Below are positions 35,282-45,386 of a DNA stretch of 64,000 bases, piece after piece. Within the stretch, counting starts at the first letter, position 1. Each line of letters begins with the position of its first letter. The translations under genes were made by a program, and so were the position numbers. The notes beneath the pieces were generated by a model that saw nothing but the letters and a program-made list of their open reading frames with translations, did not search any database and was not told the DNA's origin. Source of the DNA: Candidatus Limnocylindrales bacterium (GTDB lineage Bacteria > Chloroflexota > Limnocylindria > Limnocylindrales > CSP1-4); NCBI GenBank assembly GCA_036555445.1, contig DATBLH010000069.1, forward strand, positions 1,339 to 65,338, given 5' to 3'.

Positions 35282-35383
35282 TCAGTTCCCGACCGGGGAG
35301 GCGAGCGAACCGACCACGAGGCCGAGGATGACGACGACCGCCACGGCGATCATCACCAGCCGACCCATTCGTGCACCAGGCAT
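35282..35383 (-). CDS. unannotated 33-codon ORF, Val/Ile/Leu-rich (small membrane peptide or leader peptide)
   Basis: MPGARMGRLVMIAVAVVVILGLVVGSLASPVGN. It is below the ORF-track size cutoff. Nearly all third positions are G/C from codon 8 on. It starts 6 nt after the yajQ stop and ends 4 nt before the TPP-enzyme ATG. Confidence 0.4.
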   Translation of the reverse strand: MPGARMGRLVMIAVAVVVILGLVVGSLASPVGN

Positions 35384-35389
35384 GGCCGG

Positions 35390-35881
35390 CTACCGGTAGT
35401 TCTGGAACTGCAGCGGCACCGGCTCGTCCAGCTCCCGCAACCGGCCGATCACGCGCTGCAGCTCGTCCTTGCTCTTGCCGGAGACCCGGATCGCGTCGCC
35501 CTGGACCTGCGACTTGACCTTGGGGAACTCGTCGCGGATCAGGCGCGTGAGCTTGCGGGACAGGTCGTCGCCCAGCCCGCGGCGGAGCCCGATTCGCTGG
35601 CGGACCTTGTTGCCGCCGGCCTGGTCGACCGTGCCCCAGTCGAAGATCTTCAGCGACAGGCCGCGCCGGACCGCCTTGGATTCGATCAGGTCCTTGACCG
35701 CGTTGGCCCGGAACTCGTCGTCGGTCACGAGCACGACCTCGTCCTTGCCCTGTTCGAGGTCCACGGTCACACCCTTGAAGTCGTACCGCTGCGAGACCTC
35801 GCGGCGGACCTGGTCGAGCGCGTTCCGCAGCTCCTGGGCGTCGAACTCGCTCACGACGTCGAACGAGACGTCTCCTGCCAT
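35390..35881 (-). CDS. yajQ: YajQ family nucleotide/cyclic-di-GMP-binding protein (UPF0234)
   Basis: Start at MAGDVSFDVVSEFDAQELRNALDQVRREVSQRYDFKG (ATG 35881). 163 aa, the canonical length. Confidence 0.85.
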   Translation of the reverse strand: MAGDVSFDVVSEFDAQELRNALDQVRREVSQRYDFKGVTVDLEQGKDEVVLVTDDEFRANAVKDLIESKAVRRGLSLKIFDWGTVDQAGGNKVRQRIGLRRGLGDDLSRKLTRLIRDEFPKVKSQVQGDAIRVSGKSKDELQRVIGRLRELDEPVPLQFQNYR

Positions 35882-35989
35882 GCGTCTCCCTCGTCTAGCG
35901 TGCCGATCGGACGCGTGCTCGCGAGTCGGACGCGGGCCGATCGAGTGGGACGGGCGGACATGGTAGTCGAGAACGCCCCGTGCCACCCG

Positions 35990-37483
35990 TCAGCGCCGCT
36001 CGATGGCCTCCACGAGCAGGTGTGGGATCCGGTAGCTGTGGCCACCACCCATGACCAGGACGGCGTCCCCCGGTTGCACCTCGCCCGCGAGCCACGAGGC
36101 CGTCGCCTCCACCGACCCGGGCGCCGCGATGGGGATCGACGGCCGACGCTTGGCGACCGCGTTCGCCAGCCGTTCGGCAGAGGTCACCCTCGTGTCCCGG
36201 TCGCGCCCGGCCCAGATCTTGGCGATCACGACGCCATCCGCCTCGGCCAGGGCGTCCGCGAACGCCCCGAGCATCGCCGCCGTCCGGTGGAAGGTCAGTG
36301 GCTCGTACACGGCCCAGACGCGTCGACCAGGCTCCCGCTGGCGGAGGGCCGCGATCGTGGCCCGGATCGCAGTCGGGTGGTGACCGTAGTCGTCGTAGAC
36401 GGCGACCCCACCGGCCTGCCCGATCCGCTCCAGCCGGCGCCCGATCCCGGGGAACGTCGTCAGTCCGGCGGCGATCCCGACAGGTGGTACGCCGAGCACG
36501 ACCGCCGCCGCGGCGACGACCAGCGCGTTGGCCACGTTGTGCGCTCCTGCCGTCGGCAAGTCGACCTCGGCTGCGTCGAGGCCCGGGCCCGACACACGGA
36601 TCCGGGTTCCGGCGGGCTCGGATGCGAGAACGTCGGCCCGGTACGACACGTCCGCCGCGTCGGGTGAGGCTCCGACGGACACGCTGACGAGCCGCTCACC
36701 GAGGTCGGCCAGGCGCCCGGCGAGCTCCTCGCCCCCGGCCTCGGCGACGTTCACGATGATCGTCGATCCCGCTGCCCGGCGAAGCCATGCCTCGAAGGCA
36801 TCGACGACCGCGTCCTGGTTGGCGAAGACGTCCGGGTGGTCCCACTCGACGGACGTGACGACGGCGACCGAGGGTTGAAAGGGATCGAAGTTTCCGGCGT
36901 ACTCGTCGGCCTCGACCACGAACTCCGCTCCCCCGCCCCAGCGTGCGGTTGCGGCCGGGCCGCCGGTGATCGATTCCGGCAACAGTGCGCCCACGAACGC
37001 GGACGGGTCCCGCCCCGCCGCGACCAGCAGGTGGACCAGCCACCCGGCGGTGGTGGACTTGCCATGGGTGCCGGTCACGGCCACCAGCCGCCGGCCCACG
37101 GCCGCATCGGCGACGACCTGCTGCCACGGCTCGACCGGAATGCCCCGCTCGACGGCCGCCATCAACTCCGGGTGGTCGGGCTGGACTGCCGTCAACGCCT
37201 TGGTCACCGCGAGGCGATCCGGGGCCGGATCGCGCGTGACGTGGGCCGGATCGTGTTTCCACGCGAGTGCGATGCCGGCCGACTCCAGCGCCGGCGTGTA
37301 GGGCGACGAGCCACCCTTGTCGCACCCCGTCGGCGCGCCGCCGGCGTGTAGGGCGAGGAGCGCGGCAGCCGACGCCCCTGCCCCGGCAGCCCCGACGACG
37401 TGGATCCGTTCGCCCGCACGGATGGGCCGTGCCGATCTCGCCGGCGCGAGTCCGGCGCCGATCGCGGCTGCGTCGCGGGTCAC
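35990..37483 (-). CDS. murC: UDP-N-acetylmuramate--L-alanine ligase
   Basis: Mur ligase P-loop VTGTHGKSTT and the MurC-type YDDYGHHPTAI motif. GTGA overlap with cinA. Confidence 0.75.
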   Translation of the reverse strand: MTRDAAAIGAGLAPARSARPIRAGERIHVVGAAGAGASAAALLALHAGGAPTGCDKGGSSPYTPALESAGIALAWKHDPAHVTRDPAPDRLAVTKALTAVQPDHPELMAAVERGIPVEPWQQVVADAAVGRRLVAVTGTHGKSTTAGWLVHLLVAAGRDPSAFVGALLPESITGGPAATARWGGGAEFVVEADEYAGNFDPFQPSVAVVTSVEWDHPDVFANQDAVVDAFEAWLRRAAGSTIIVNVAEAGGEELAGRLADLGERLVSVSVGASPDAADVSYRADVLASEPAGTRIRVSGPGLDAAEVDLPTAGAHNVANALVVAAAAVVLGVPPVGIAAGLTTFPGIGRRLERIGQAGGVAVYDDYGHHPTAIRATIAALRQREPGRRVWAVYEPLTFHRTAAMLGAFADALAEADGVVIAKIWAGRDRDTRVTSAERLANAVAKRRPSIPIAAPGSVEATASWLAGEVQPGDAVLVMGGGHSYRIPHLLVEAIERR

Positions 37484-37989
37484 CTCCCGCCGGCCGCCGC
37501 CCGACCCGCGACCCGCGCCAGGAGCAGCTCCAGGGCCGCCTCCGCGCTCGAACGCTTGTTGGCCGCTCGATCACCCGTCCACTGGTAGCGGCGAACGTCG
37601 TCGCCCTCGGCGTCCGCGACTGCGACATACGTCAGACCGACGGGCTTCGCCTCCGATCCGCCATCCGGCCCGGCGATCCCCGTCACCGATACCGCGAGGT
37701 CGGCGCGGAGTCGCTCCCGGGCTCCCTTCGCCATCGCGACGGCGACCTGCGCCGAGACGGCGCCGTGCGCCGCGAGAACGTCGCCCGGAACACCGAGCAG
37801 GCCCTGCTTTGCTGCGTCCGAGTACACGATCGGGCCGCCGAGGAAGTAGCCCGAGGATCCGGAGACTTCGGTGATCAGGTGACCGACGAGTCCGCCGGTG
37901 CAGGACTCGGCGACGGCCACCGTCAGCCCCCGGCCGAGACAGATCCCCTGGAGGCGCTCCGCGAGCTCGACCAGGTGGTCGGCGGCCAC
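37480..37989 (-). CDS. CinA C-terminal domain protein (nicotinamide-nucleotide amidohydrolase PncC-like)
   Basis: Start placed at GTG 37989, 1 nt after the upstream stop. LTVAVAESCTGGLVGHLIT...AHGAVSAQVAVAMA...VSVTGIAGPDGG. Confidence 0.8.
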   Translation of the reverse strand: MAADHLVELAERLQGICLGRGLTVAVAESCTGGLVGHLITEVSGSSGYFLGGPIVYSDAAKQGLLGVPGDVLAAHGAVSAQVAVAMAKGARERLRADLAVSVTGIAGPDGGSEAKPVGLTYVAVADAEGDDVRRYQWTGDRAANKRSSAEAALELLLARVAGRAAAGGR

Positions 37990-37990
37990 C

Positions 37991-39391
37991 TCAGGTCCGC
38001 TGCGTCTTCTCGGGCGGCGCCGGAGGCGCGAACAGCCAGGTTTCGGGGACGCCCCTCGGGCCGAGTGCTCCGAGCGACGTGCCATTCAGGGTGAACAGGG
38101 TCGCCCCCGACGACCCGGTGCGGACCTCGATCGTTTCCTGGGCGGTGAACGTGAGGGTCTTGCCGGCGGCGATCGTGCGCCCGCTGGCCCCGATCGACTC
38201 GGCGATCTTGCCGTCCACCCAGACCTTGAGCCAGGCCGGGCCGCCTCGCACGGTGAGCGTCAGGTTCACGCCCCGATAGGCGACCGTGACGGTCCGCTTG
38301 AGCGAGTTCGACTTGCGGTTCTCGGACGAGGCGGTAACGGTCAGCTCCCACCGCCCGGCGGTCAGCTCGAGCGGCGTGGAGTACGAGCCATCCTCGTGGA
38401 CGGCAACGCTCAACGGCTTCGGATCGGGTGTGGGGGGTGGCGGGCTGGCCGTCGTGGTCTGCTGGGTCGCCGGGCCGAGGTAGTGTGCAGAGACGACGAC
38501 GGTCGACGCGTTGGTCGTGCTTCCCTGGACCGGGATCGCCCCGTTCTCGAACGTTGCGCCGTCGGCCGGCTGGTCGATCGTCAGGGTCGGCGCCTCGATC
38601 ACCAGGAACGGCACCGTGATGTACACGGTCTCCGGGCTCTCGGCCTGCTTTCCGGTCTCGGGGTCGACGGCCGAGACGTCGAACTGGTTCTTGCCCCGCC
38701 GGAGCTCGACGGGGACAGCCCAGTCGCCGCTGCCGTCCGCCGACACCCGATACGGCTGCTCCCGTCCCGGGGTGTTGACCGTGATCGTGGCGCCCGGGAT
38801 CGACGTCCCACGCAGGACGTACGACGATTCGTCCTCGGCGACCGTGATCAGCGCGACCGAGGGCGTGGTGACCTCGAGCGTTGGGGGCTTGGCGAAGCGG
38901 AGGAGCTGCGCACCCAGATAGACGACGAATCCGAGCACCCCGACGGTGAGCAGCGCCGCGACGACGACGCCGGGCGAGAACACCAGGCCCTGCCGGGGCG
39001 CCTGGATCGGCCGCGGCACCACGATCGGCTCGCTCTCGCGGATCTCGCCGCGCTCGGTGCGCCACTGGTGGAGGACATCCTCGGGGTCGAGACCGAGGTA
39101 GAGGGCGTAGTTGCGGAGGAAGCCCTTCGTGTAGACCGCGCCCGGAAGCTCCTTCCAGTCGCCCCGCTCGAGCGCCGCCAGATACCGGGCCCGGATCTTC
39201 GTGTCCCGCTCCGCGCGATAGAGGTCGACTCCCTTGCGTTCGCGTGCCGCGTACAGCCGCTCGGGAAGTCCCGGGAGCGCCTCGGCGACCGAACCGCGCA
39301 TGCCGGACTCGGTCCCCCGGTCGCCGGCTGCCCGTCCCAGCTCGGCTCGTGGATCAGCTGGCGCTCGACGCACCTCGTGTCGCGTGGTCAT
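37991..39391 (-). CDS. RodZ-like HTH/transmembrane protein with C-terminal DUF4115
   Basis: HTH LYAARERKGVDLYRAERDTKIRARYLAALERGDW...VYTKGFLRNYALYLGLD, one TM segment, a beta-rich periplasmic region, and a C-terminal ...WLKVWVDG...TFTAQETIEVRTG (DUF4115-like). Confidence 0.75.
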   Translation of the reverse strand: MTTRHEVRRAPADPRAELGRAAGDRGTESGMRGSVAEALPGLPERLYAARERKGVDLYRAERDTKIRARYLAALERGDWKELPGAVYTKGFLRNYALYLGLDPEDVLHQWRTERGEIRESEPIVVPRPIQAPRQGLVFSPGVVVAALLTVGVLGFVVYLGAQLLRFAKPPTLEVTTPSVALITVAEDESSYVLRGTSIPGATITVNTPGREQPYRVSADGSGDWAVPVELRRGKNQFDVSAVDPETGKQAESPETVYITVPFLVIEAPTLTIDQPADGATFENGAIPVQGSTTNASTVVVSAHYLGPATQQTTTASPPPPTPDPKPLSVAVHEDGSYSTPLELTAGRWELTVTASSENRKSNSLKRTVTVAYRGVNLTLTVRGGPAWLKVWVDGKIAESIGASGRTIAAGKTLTFTAQETIEVRTGSSGATLFTLNGTSLGALGPRGVPETWLFAPPAPPEKTQRT

Positions 39392-41793
39392 GAGTCGTCC
39401 CCGTCCACCTCCTCGCCGCCCGTGCCCGCGACGTCGCGGCGGAGGACGACGCGGGCGTTCGAGCCGTCGAACGCGCCGATATAGCCTCGTGCCTCGAGCT
39501 GATCGATGATGCGCGCCGCCCGCGCATAGCCGATTCGAAGGCGCCTCTGGAGGAGTGACGCCGAGGCACGATCGTACTCCCGAATCACGTCCACGGCATC
39601 CGGCAGGAGCCGATCGGCTTCTTCGTCCGCGAGGTCGTCGATCGAGCCCGTGCCGTCCTCGTCGCTCTCGACGATCGACTGGTCGTAGTGCGGATCGTCG
39701 ATCTGGTCCTTCCAGTGCGCGACGATGCGGGCGATCTCCGGGTCCGACACGAATACGCCCTGGAGACGCATCGGACGTGGCAGGTCGGACGGCTGGTAGA
39801 GCATGTCACCGCGACCGATGAGGTCCTCCGCGCCCGGCGCGTCGAGGATCGTCCGGGAGTCGATCTGGGATGCCATCGCGAACGCGATCCGGGACGGGAA
39901 GTTCGCCTTGATCAGTCCGGTGACGACGTTGACCGAGGGCCGTTGGGTGGCCAGGACGAGGTGGATCCCGGTCGCCCTCGCCTTCTGGGCGAGTCTGACG
40001 ATCGGGTCCTCGACGTTCTTGCCCTCGCGCATCATCAGGTCGGCGAGCTCGTCCACGATGATCACGATGTAGGGCAGACGATCGGCGGGATCCGCACGCG
40101 ACTCGTTGTACGCGCGGATGTTGCGTGACGTGGCGCCGGCGAACCGCCGATAGCGCCCCTCCATCTCGTTGACGGCCCACTTCAGGGCGGCCTTTGCTCG
40201 ATCGGGCTCCGTGATCACCGGGACGAGCAGGTGTGGCAGACCGTTGTAGGCGGCCAGCTCGACCCGCTTGAGATCCATGAGGATCATCCGCACATCGTCC
40301 GGGCTCGCCTCGCACAGAAGGCTGGTGATCAGGGCGTTGACCATGACGCTCTTGCCGGAGCCGGTCGCCCCTGCGATCAGGAGGTGCGGCATCTTCGCCA
40401 GGTCGACCGCCTGTGCCTTGCCCGCGACGTCGCGTCCGAGCGCGAACGTGAGCGTCGAGCCGGACGCCTTGAAGTCCACCTCGTCGAGGATCCGCCGCAG
40501 GGCGACGAGGTTGAAGTCCTTGTTCGGAACCTCGACGCCAACTGCGCTCTTGCCAGGGATCGGTGCCTCGATCCGGAGCGATCGGGCCGCCAGGGCCATC
40601 GCCAGGTCGTCGGCGAGAGCCTCGATCCGGCTGATCTTGATGTCCGGTGCCGGCTGAACCTCGTACTGGGTCACGACCGGACCCGCGTTGCGACCGACGA
40701 TCTCGGCCGGGATGTCGAAGCCGGCCAGCTTGCGAACGATGATCTCCTCGTTCCGGTGATGGACGGCCTCCGCGCCGCCCGGGGTCGCGGGTGGCGGAAT
40801 GTCCTCGAGGAGCTCGAGCGGTGGCAGGACGTACTCCTGCTCGCGGGTCCGAGGCGAATCGGAGACGTCGGTCACGTCGTCGAACTCGGGGGTTGCGACC
40901 GCGGTTCCGACGCCGCGCGGGGCGGCGGGAACGAGGGTGGCGCCCGCCGCGCCCGACGGACTGGCTCTCGGTGGCGCGAACGTCGCCGAGACCGGTGCGC
41001 TCGATGGAACCGCGGACGGGATGCGAGCCTCCTCCGAGCGCTGGCCCCAGATCCCGGTTTGTCCCGGCGAACCGTCACCCGCGACGGGCGGCTGCCGGAC
41101 GGCGCCGCGATTGCGTGGCGAGCCGGGTGCCGCGCGGATCCCGCCGTCGGTTGGATCTCCGGGGCCGGGTCCCATGGCGCGCGGGTCGCGACGAACCGAG
41201 GACGCCGCCGCCGTGCCCAGCCAGCGAGCCGCGGTCGTTCCGGGTCGGACGAGATCGCGGAGCGGCAGGTTGAGCGCCAGCATCAGCCCCGCGGCCATCA
41301 GGGCAAGGAGCACCGCGAATGCTCCGGGCGCGGTCACGAGCGGCACGAGGATCGCTGCCAGCGCCTGGCCGATCCGGCCCCCACCACGCTCCACGTCGAA
41401 CACGGTGAGATCGAGGATCTCGAAGGCGCCCAGGAACGCCGCGAAGGCGATGGCGATCCCCGCCAGGGTCATGCCCCAGCCCGAGTTCGGGCGCTTGCCC
41501 GGGCCCCACTCGAGATACCAGCCCGCCGCGAGCAGGAGGAACGGCAGAAGCCAGCGTCCGGTCTCGAACCACGGGGCGATCGAGTCGCGCCACCAGTCCG
41601 TGAGCGAACCGTCGCCGGGCAGGATGAGCGCAATCAGCGTCGTCGCCCCGAGCACGAGCAGCACGATCCCCACCAGCGAGCGGGCGACCTCGGGTCCGAC
41701 CGCGGGCAGGGCGAGGATCCGCGGCAGGGTCGGTCCCCCACCCCGACGGGCTCGGGATGGACGGCGCGCCTGTGCGCGTCGTGCGCGGGCCAT
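39388..41793 (-). CDS. ftsK: DNA translocase FtsK
   Basis: 801 aa. N-terminal TM segments, a Pro/Ala linker, Walker A AGATGSGKSV, and a C-terminal gamma wHTH ...LLQRRLRIGYARAARIIDQLE. Confidence 0.9.
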   Translation of the reverse strand: MARARRAQARRPSRARRGGGPTLPRILALPAVGPEVARSLVGIVLLVLGATTLIALILPGDGSLTDWWRDSIAPWFETGRWLLPFLLLAAGWYLEWGPGKRPNSGWGMTLAGIAIAFAAFLGAFEILDLTVFDVERGGGRIGQALAAILVPLVTAPGAFAVLLALMAAGLMLALNLPLRDLVRPGTTAARWLGTAAASSVRRDPRAMGPGPGDPTDGGIRAAPGSPRNRGAVRQPPVAGDGSPGQTGIWGQRSEEARIPSAVPSSAPVSATFAPPRASPSGAAGATLVPAAPRGVGTAVATPEFDDVTDVSDSPRTREQEYVLPPLELLEDIPPPATPGGAEAVHHRNEEIIVRKLAGFDIPAEIVGRNAGPVVTQYEVQPAPDIKISRIEALADDLAMALAARSLRIEAPIPGKSAVGVEVPNKDFNLVALRRILDEVDFKASGSTLTFALGRDVAGKAQAVDLAKMPHLLIAGATGSGKSVMVNALITSLLCEASPDDVRMILMDLKRVELAAYNGLPHLLVPVITEPDRAKAALKWAVNEMEGRYRRFAGATSRNIRAYNESRADPADRLPYIVIIVDELADLMMREGKNVEDPIVRLAQKARATGIHLVLATQRPSVNVVTGLIKANFPSRIAFAMASQIDSRTILDAPGAEDLIGRGDMLYQPSDLPRPMRLQGVFVSDPEIARIVAHWKDQIDDPHYDQSIVESDEDGTGSIDDLADEEADRLLPDAVDVIREYDRASASLLQRRLRIGYARAARIIDQLEARGYIGAFDGSNARVVLRRDVAGTGGEEVDGDDS

Positions 41794-41795
41794 GC

Positions 41796-43460
41796 CTAGA
41801 CCTCGACCACCACCGGGAAGACCATCGGCCGGCGTTTCGTCTGCTCGTACAGGTAGCGCGACACGCCGTCCTTGATCTGGCTCTTGAGCAGGGCGATCTC
41901 GCTGATGTGGTCGCCCGGGTTGTCGATGGCCTCGATCACCCTCGCGGCGGTCTCCTCGATCAACGGGTCCTGCTCGTTGAGGCCCGTGAACCCGCGGGTA
42001 ATGATCTCCGGTCGCCCGATCACGTTTCCGGTCTGCTTGTCCACGGTCACCACGACGAGGAACATCCCATCGTTGGCAAGGGCGCGCCGGTCCCGGAGCA
42101 CGATCTCGCTCACGTCGCCGACCGAGAGGCCGTCGACGAAGGCATAGCCGGCCGCGACGGGCTGGCCGCGACGGGCCGATCCGTCCGGGAAGATCTCGAT
42201 GGGCGTCCCATTCTCGATGATGAACACATTCTCGGGGGCAACGCCGGTCTCTGTCGCGAGGCGCCCATGCTGGACCTGCATCCGGAACTCCCCGTGGATG
42301 GGGATGAAGTACCGGGGCTTGGTGAGCCCGAGCATCAGCTTCAGCTCCTCCTGGCTTGCATGTCCTGAGACGTGCGCGCGCTTGATGGTGTGGTAGTAGA
42401 CGTTCGCACCGGCCTTGAACAGGTTGTCGATCGTGCGGGCGACGTACTCCTCGTTACCGGGGATCGGGCTGGCGGAGACGATCACCGTATCTCCGGCCTG
42501 GATCTCGACGAACCGATGATCGCGATTCGCCATCCGCGCCAGGCCCGACATCGGTTCGCCCTGGGCGCCCGTGGTGGCGATCACGAGCTTCGCGTCGGGG
42601 TGATCCTTGATCCTGTCCTTGGACACGATCGTGGACGCGTCATAGGTCAGGTACCCGAGATCGGTCGCGATCCGGAAGTTCTGCTCCATGGACCGGCCGA
42701 TGACCGAGACGTTGCGACCCATCTCCGAGGCCGCGTCGAGGACCTGCTGGACGCGGGCGATGTTGCTGGCGAAGGTGGCCACGATGACCCGGCCGTCGAG
42801 TGGCTCCATGATCTCCCGGAACGCCTCGCCCACCGTCCGCTCGGACGGCGTATAGCCCGGGTTCTCCGCCCGGGTGGAGTCGGACAGGAGGCAGATCACC
42901 CCCTCCGCGCCGAGGCGGGCAAGGACGTGGAAGTCGGACAGCTTGCCATCGACCGGGGTGTGGTCGAACTTGAAGTCACCGGTGTGGACGACTGTGCCGA
43001 CGGGTGTACGGATGCCGACCCCCATCGCGTCCGGGATGGAGTGGCCGACCCGGAACGGGATGACGGTAAACGGCCCGATGGTGACCTCGTCACCAGGCTC
43101 GATCGCCAGCAGCGGATTGTTATGGAGCTTGTGTTCCTTGACCTTGTTGCCGAGCAGGCCACGGGCGAGCGTCGAGGCATAGACCGGCACGCCCGGGAAC
43201 TCGGGCAGCACGTACGGCAGGCCGCCCACGTGGTCCTCGTGGGCGTGGGTGATGATGAACGCCCGCACGCTCTCGCGACGTTCCTTGAGATAGGTCACGT
43301 CGGGAACGACGAGGTCGATCCCGAACATCTCCTCGTCCGGGAACATCAGCCCACAGTCGACGACGACGATGTCGTCGCCGAACTCGAACACGTACATGTT
43401 CTTGCCGATCTCGCCCACCCCGCCGAGGGGAATGATCCGAAGCGGCGTCTGTTCGGCCAT
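41796..43460 (-). CDS. rnj: ribonuclease J
   Basis: 554 aa. LRIIPLGGVGEIGKNMY and HAHEDHVGG metallo-beta-lactamase/beta-CASP motifs. Confidence 0.9.
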   Translation of the reverse strand: MAEQTPLRIIPLGGVGEIGKNMYVFEFGDDIVVVDCGLMFPDEEMFGIDLVVPDVTYLKERRESVRAFIITHAHEDHVGGLPYVLPEFPGVPVYASTLARGLLGNKVKEHKLHNNPLLAIEPGDEVTIGPFTVIPFRVGHSIPDAMGVGIRTPVGTVVHTGDFKFDHTPVDGKLSDFHVLARLGAEGVICLLSDSTRAENPGYTPSERTVGEAFREIMEPLDGRVIVATFASNIARVQQVLDAASEMGRNVSVIGRSMEQNFRIATDLGYLTYDASTIVSKDRIKDHPDAKLVIATTGAQGEPMSGLARMANRDHRFVEIQAGDTVIVSASPIPGNEEYVARTIDNLFKAGANVYYHTIKRAHVSGHASQEELKLMLGLTKPRYFIPIHGEFRMQVQHGRLATETGVAPENVFIIENGTPIEIFPDGSARRGQPVAAGYAFVDGLSVGDVSEIVLRDRRALANDGMFLVVVTVDKQTGNVIGRPEIITRGFTGLNEQDPLIEETAARVIEAIDNPGDHISEIALLKSQIKDGVSRYLYEQTKRRPMVFPVVVEV

Positions 43461-44260
43461 CAGAACATCGTCATCTGATCGGTGTCCACGGGGGGTTCCT
43501 CGACGGCACCCGCGATGCCCGGCGGTGTCACGTCCGGAACCAGGGATGCGACCGTCGTCGCCTGTTCGGTCCCCGACGCGCCGACCGCGACGGGAACGGG
43601 CGCCTCGAGCGGCATCCCTGCCTCGGAGGCGGGCACCGCCGACGCCGCCAGCGCATCTCGCTCGGCGCGGCCGCGTCGGGACTCCAGCAGCGTCACGGGA
43701 ATCCTCGCCGCGTCCTCGTAGCTCTCGCGCTCGACCGCCGGTGTCCGGAGGGCGGCCGCCGGGTGATACATCGCCAATGCGAGCGCATCACGGGCCCCGG
43801 TTGCCGGATCGACCGGACGGTTGGTGCCGTGAACCTGGCCGATGCGGGTGCCGGGCATGAACGTCCCCAGCGAGAACCTTCCGAGCGTCACGACCAGCGC
43901 AGGATCGAGAACTTCGAGCTGTCTCCGGAGATAGGGCGCACAGGCGGCGATCTCGTCCGGCTGAGGGTCCCGGTTGTCGGGCGGACGGCACTTCACGACA
44001 TTGGTGATGAACACGTCCTCACGCCGCCACCCGATCGAGGCCAGCAGCTTCACGAGCAGGTCGCCGGCGCGGCCGACGAATGGCCGGCCCTGGCGATCCT
44101 CGTTGAATCCCGGGCCCTCGCCCACGAATACGACCTCGGTCGACGGGTGGCCCTCGCCGGGCACCGCTCGCGTCCGGCCGGCCGCAAGGCGGCAGCGCGT
44201 GCAGTCCCGGACCTCGGCGGCGATCTCCTCGAGCGCCGCGCGGCGCTCGGCTTCGGTCAC
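43460..44260 (-). CDS. uracil-DNA glycosylase, family 4, with about 85-aa low-complexity C-terminal extension
   Basis: Start at GTG 44260 (GTGA overlap with the asd stop). CTRCRL Fe-S cysteines, GEGPGFNEDRQGRPFVGRAG, VKCRPP, MYHPAAALR. Confidence 0.85.
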   Translation of the reverse strand: MTEAERRAALEEIAAEVRDCTRCRLAAGRTRAVPGEGHPSTEVVFVGEGPGFNEDRQGRPFVGRAGDLLVKLLASIGWRREDVFITNVVKCRPPDNRDPQPDEIAACAPYLRRQLEVLDPALVVTLGRFSLGTFMPGTRIGQVHGTNRPVDPATGARDALALAMYHPAAALRTPAVERESYEDAARIPVTLLESRRGRAERDALAASAVPASEAGMPLEAPVPVAVGASGTEQATTVASLVPDVTPPGIAGAVEEPPVDTDQMTMF

Positions 44261-45333
44261 GCAACACCCTCGGCGACCGGCGTCCGCCTGGACGCGGCCC
44301 GAACCCACCCCCGTTGCAGCAGGACCTCGGCGATCTCCACAGCGTTCGTCGCAGCGCCCTTGCGCAGGTTGTCGGAGACGACCCAGAACGCGATCCCGCG
44401 CTCACCCGCGATCGACGGGTCCTGTCGCACCCGGCCGACGAACACCTCGTCACGCCCGGCGGCGATCGTGGCCAGGGGATAGGTGTGGGTCGCCGGGTCG
44501 TCCTGGACGATCACGCCGGGGACGGCTGCGAACAGCCGACGTGCCTCGTCGGGTGTCACCGGGTCCCGGGTCTCGACGTGGACCGCCTCGGAGTGGCTGA
44601 CGCGAACCGGGATCCGAACCGCGGTGCAGCTGATCCGGAGCTCCGGCAGATGGAGGATCTTGCGACTCTCGGTGACGACCTTCCACTCCTCGCGGGTGTA
44701 TCCGTTGGGCAGGAAGACGTCGATCTCCGGCAGGGCGTTGAAGGCGATCGGATGCGGGTACACCTCGGCCGTCGGCGCCTCGCCGGCGGTATCGGCCCGG
44801 ATCTGGCCGTCGAGCTCGCGCACGGCCTTCTGCCCGGTCCCCGACACCGACTGGTAGGTATCGACGACGACGCGCTCCAAGCCGACCGCATCGCGCAGGG
44901 CCATCAGGACGGGCGCCAGCTGCATCGTCGAGCAGTTCGGGTTGGCGACGATCCCCTCGTGCGCCTCGAGGTCGCCGGGGTTCACCTGGCTCACGACCAG
45001 CGGGATGCCGTCGACCATCCGCCATGCGGACGAGTTGTCGATCACGGTCGCTCCCCGATCGGCGGCCGCCGGAGCGAGCTCGCGCGAAGCATCGCCGCCC
45101 GCCGAGAACAGGGCGAGATCGACGCCGTCGAAGGAATCTGGTCCCGCAAGCCCGACCTCGACCGGGCGGCCGTCGACCTTCACGCTGGTTCCGGCCGAGC
45201 GCGCCGACGCGAGGAGGCGCAGTTCACCGATCGGAACGTCGCGCTCGAGCAGGACCTGGGTCATCGTCCGACCAACGGCACCGGTCGCCCCGACGACCGC
45301 AACGGTGAGGTTCTGGCGACGAATTCCGGGCAT
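44257..45333 (-). CDS. asd: aspartate-semialdehyde dehydrogenase
   Basis: Start at MPGIRRQNLTVAVVGATGAVGRTM (ATG 45333). ...IVANPNCSTMQL (active-site Cys)...SGTGQKAV. Confidence 0.9.
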   Translation of the reverse strand: MPGIRRQNLTVAVVGATGAVGRTMTQVLLERDVPIGELRLLASARSAGTSVKVDGRPVEVGLAGPDSFDGVDLALFSAGGDASRELAPAAADRGATVIDNSSAWRMVDGIPLVVSQVNPGDLEAHEGIVANPNCSTMQLAPVLMALRDAVGLERVVVDTYQSVSGTGQKAVRELDGQIRADTAGEAPTAEVYPHPIAFNALPEIDVFLPNGYTREEWKVVTESRKILHLPELRISCTAVRIPVRVSHSEAVHVETRDPVTPDEARRLFAAVPGVIVQDDPATHTYPLATIAAGRDEVFVGRVRQDPSIAGERGIAFWVVSDNLRKGAATNAVEIAEVLLQRGWVRAASRRTPVAEGVA

Positions 45334-45372
45334 GGTCCGACTCCGGTTCAGGAGATCGTCGGGCACGCGGCG

Positions 45373-45381
45373 AGTATATCA
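45373..45381 (-). promoter_or_regulatory. extended -10 promoter candidate (TGATATACT) for asd
   Basis: An AT-rich island immediately after the GNAT stop, about 40 nt upstream of the asd ATG. GGAG lies 8 nt before the ATG. Confidence 0.4.
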
Positions 45382-45386
45382 GCGGC

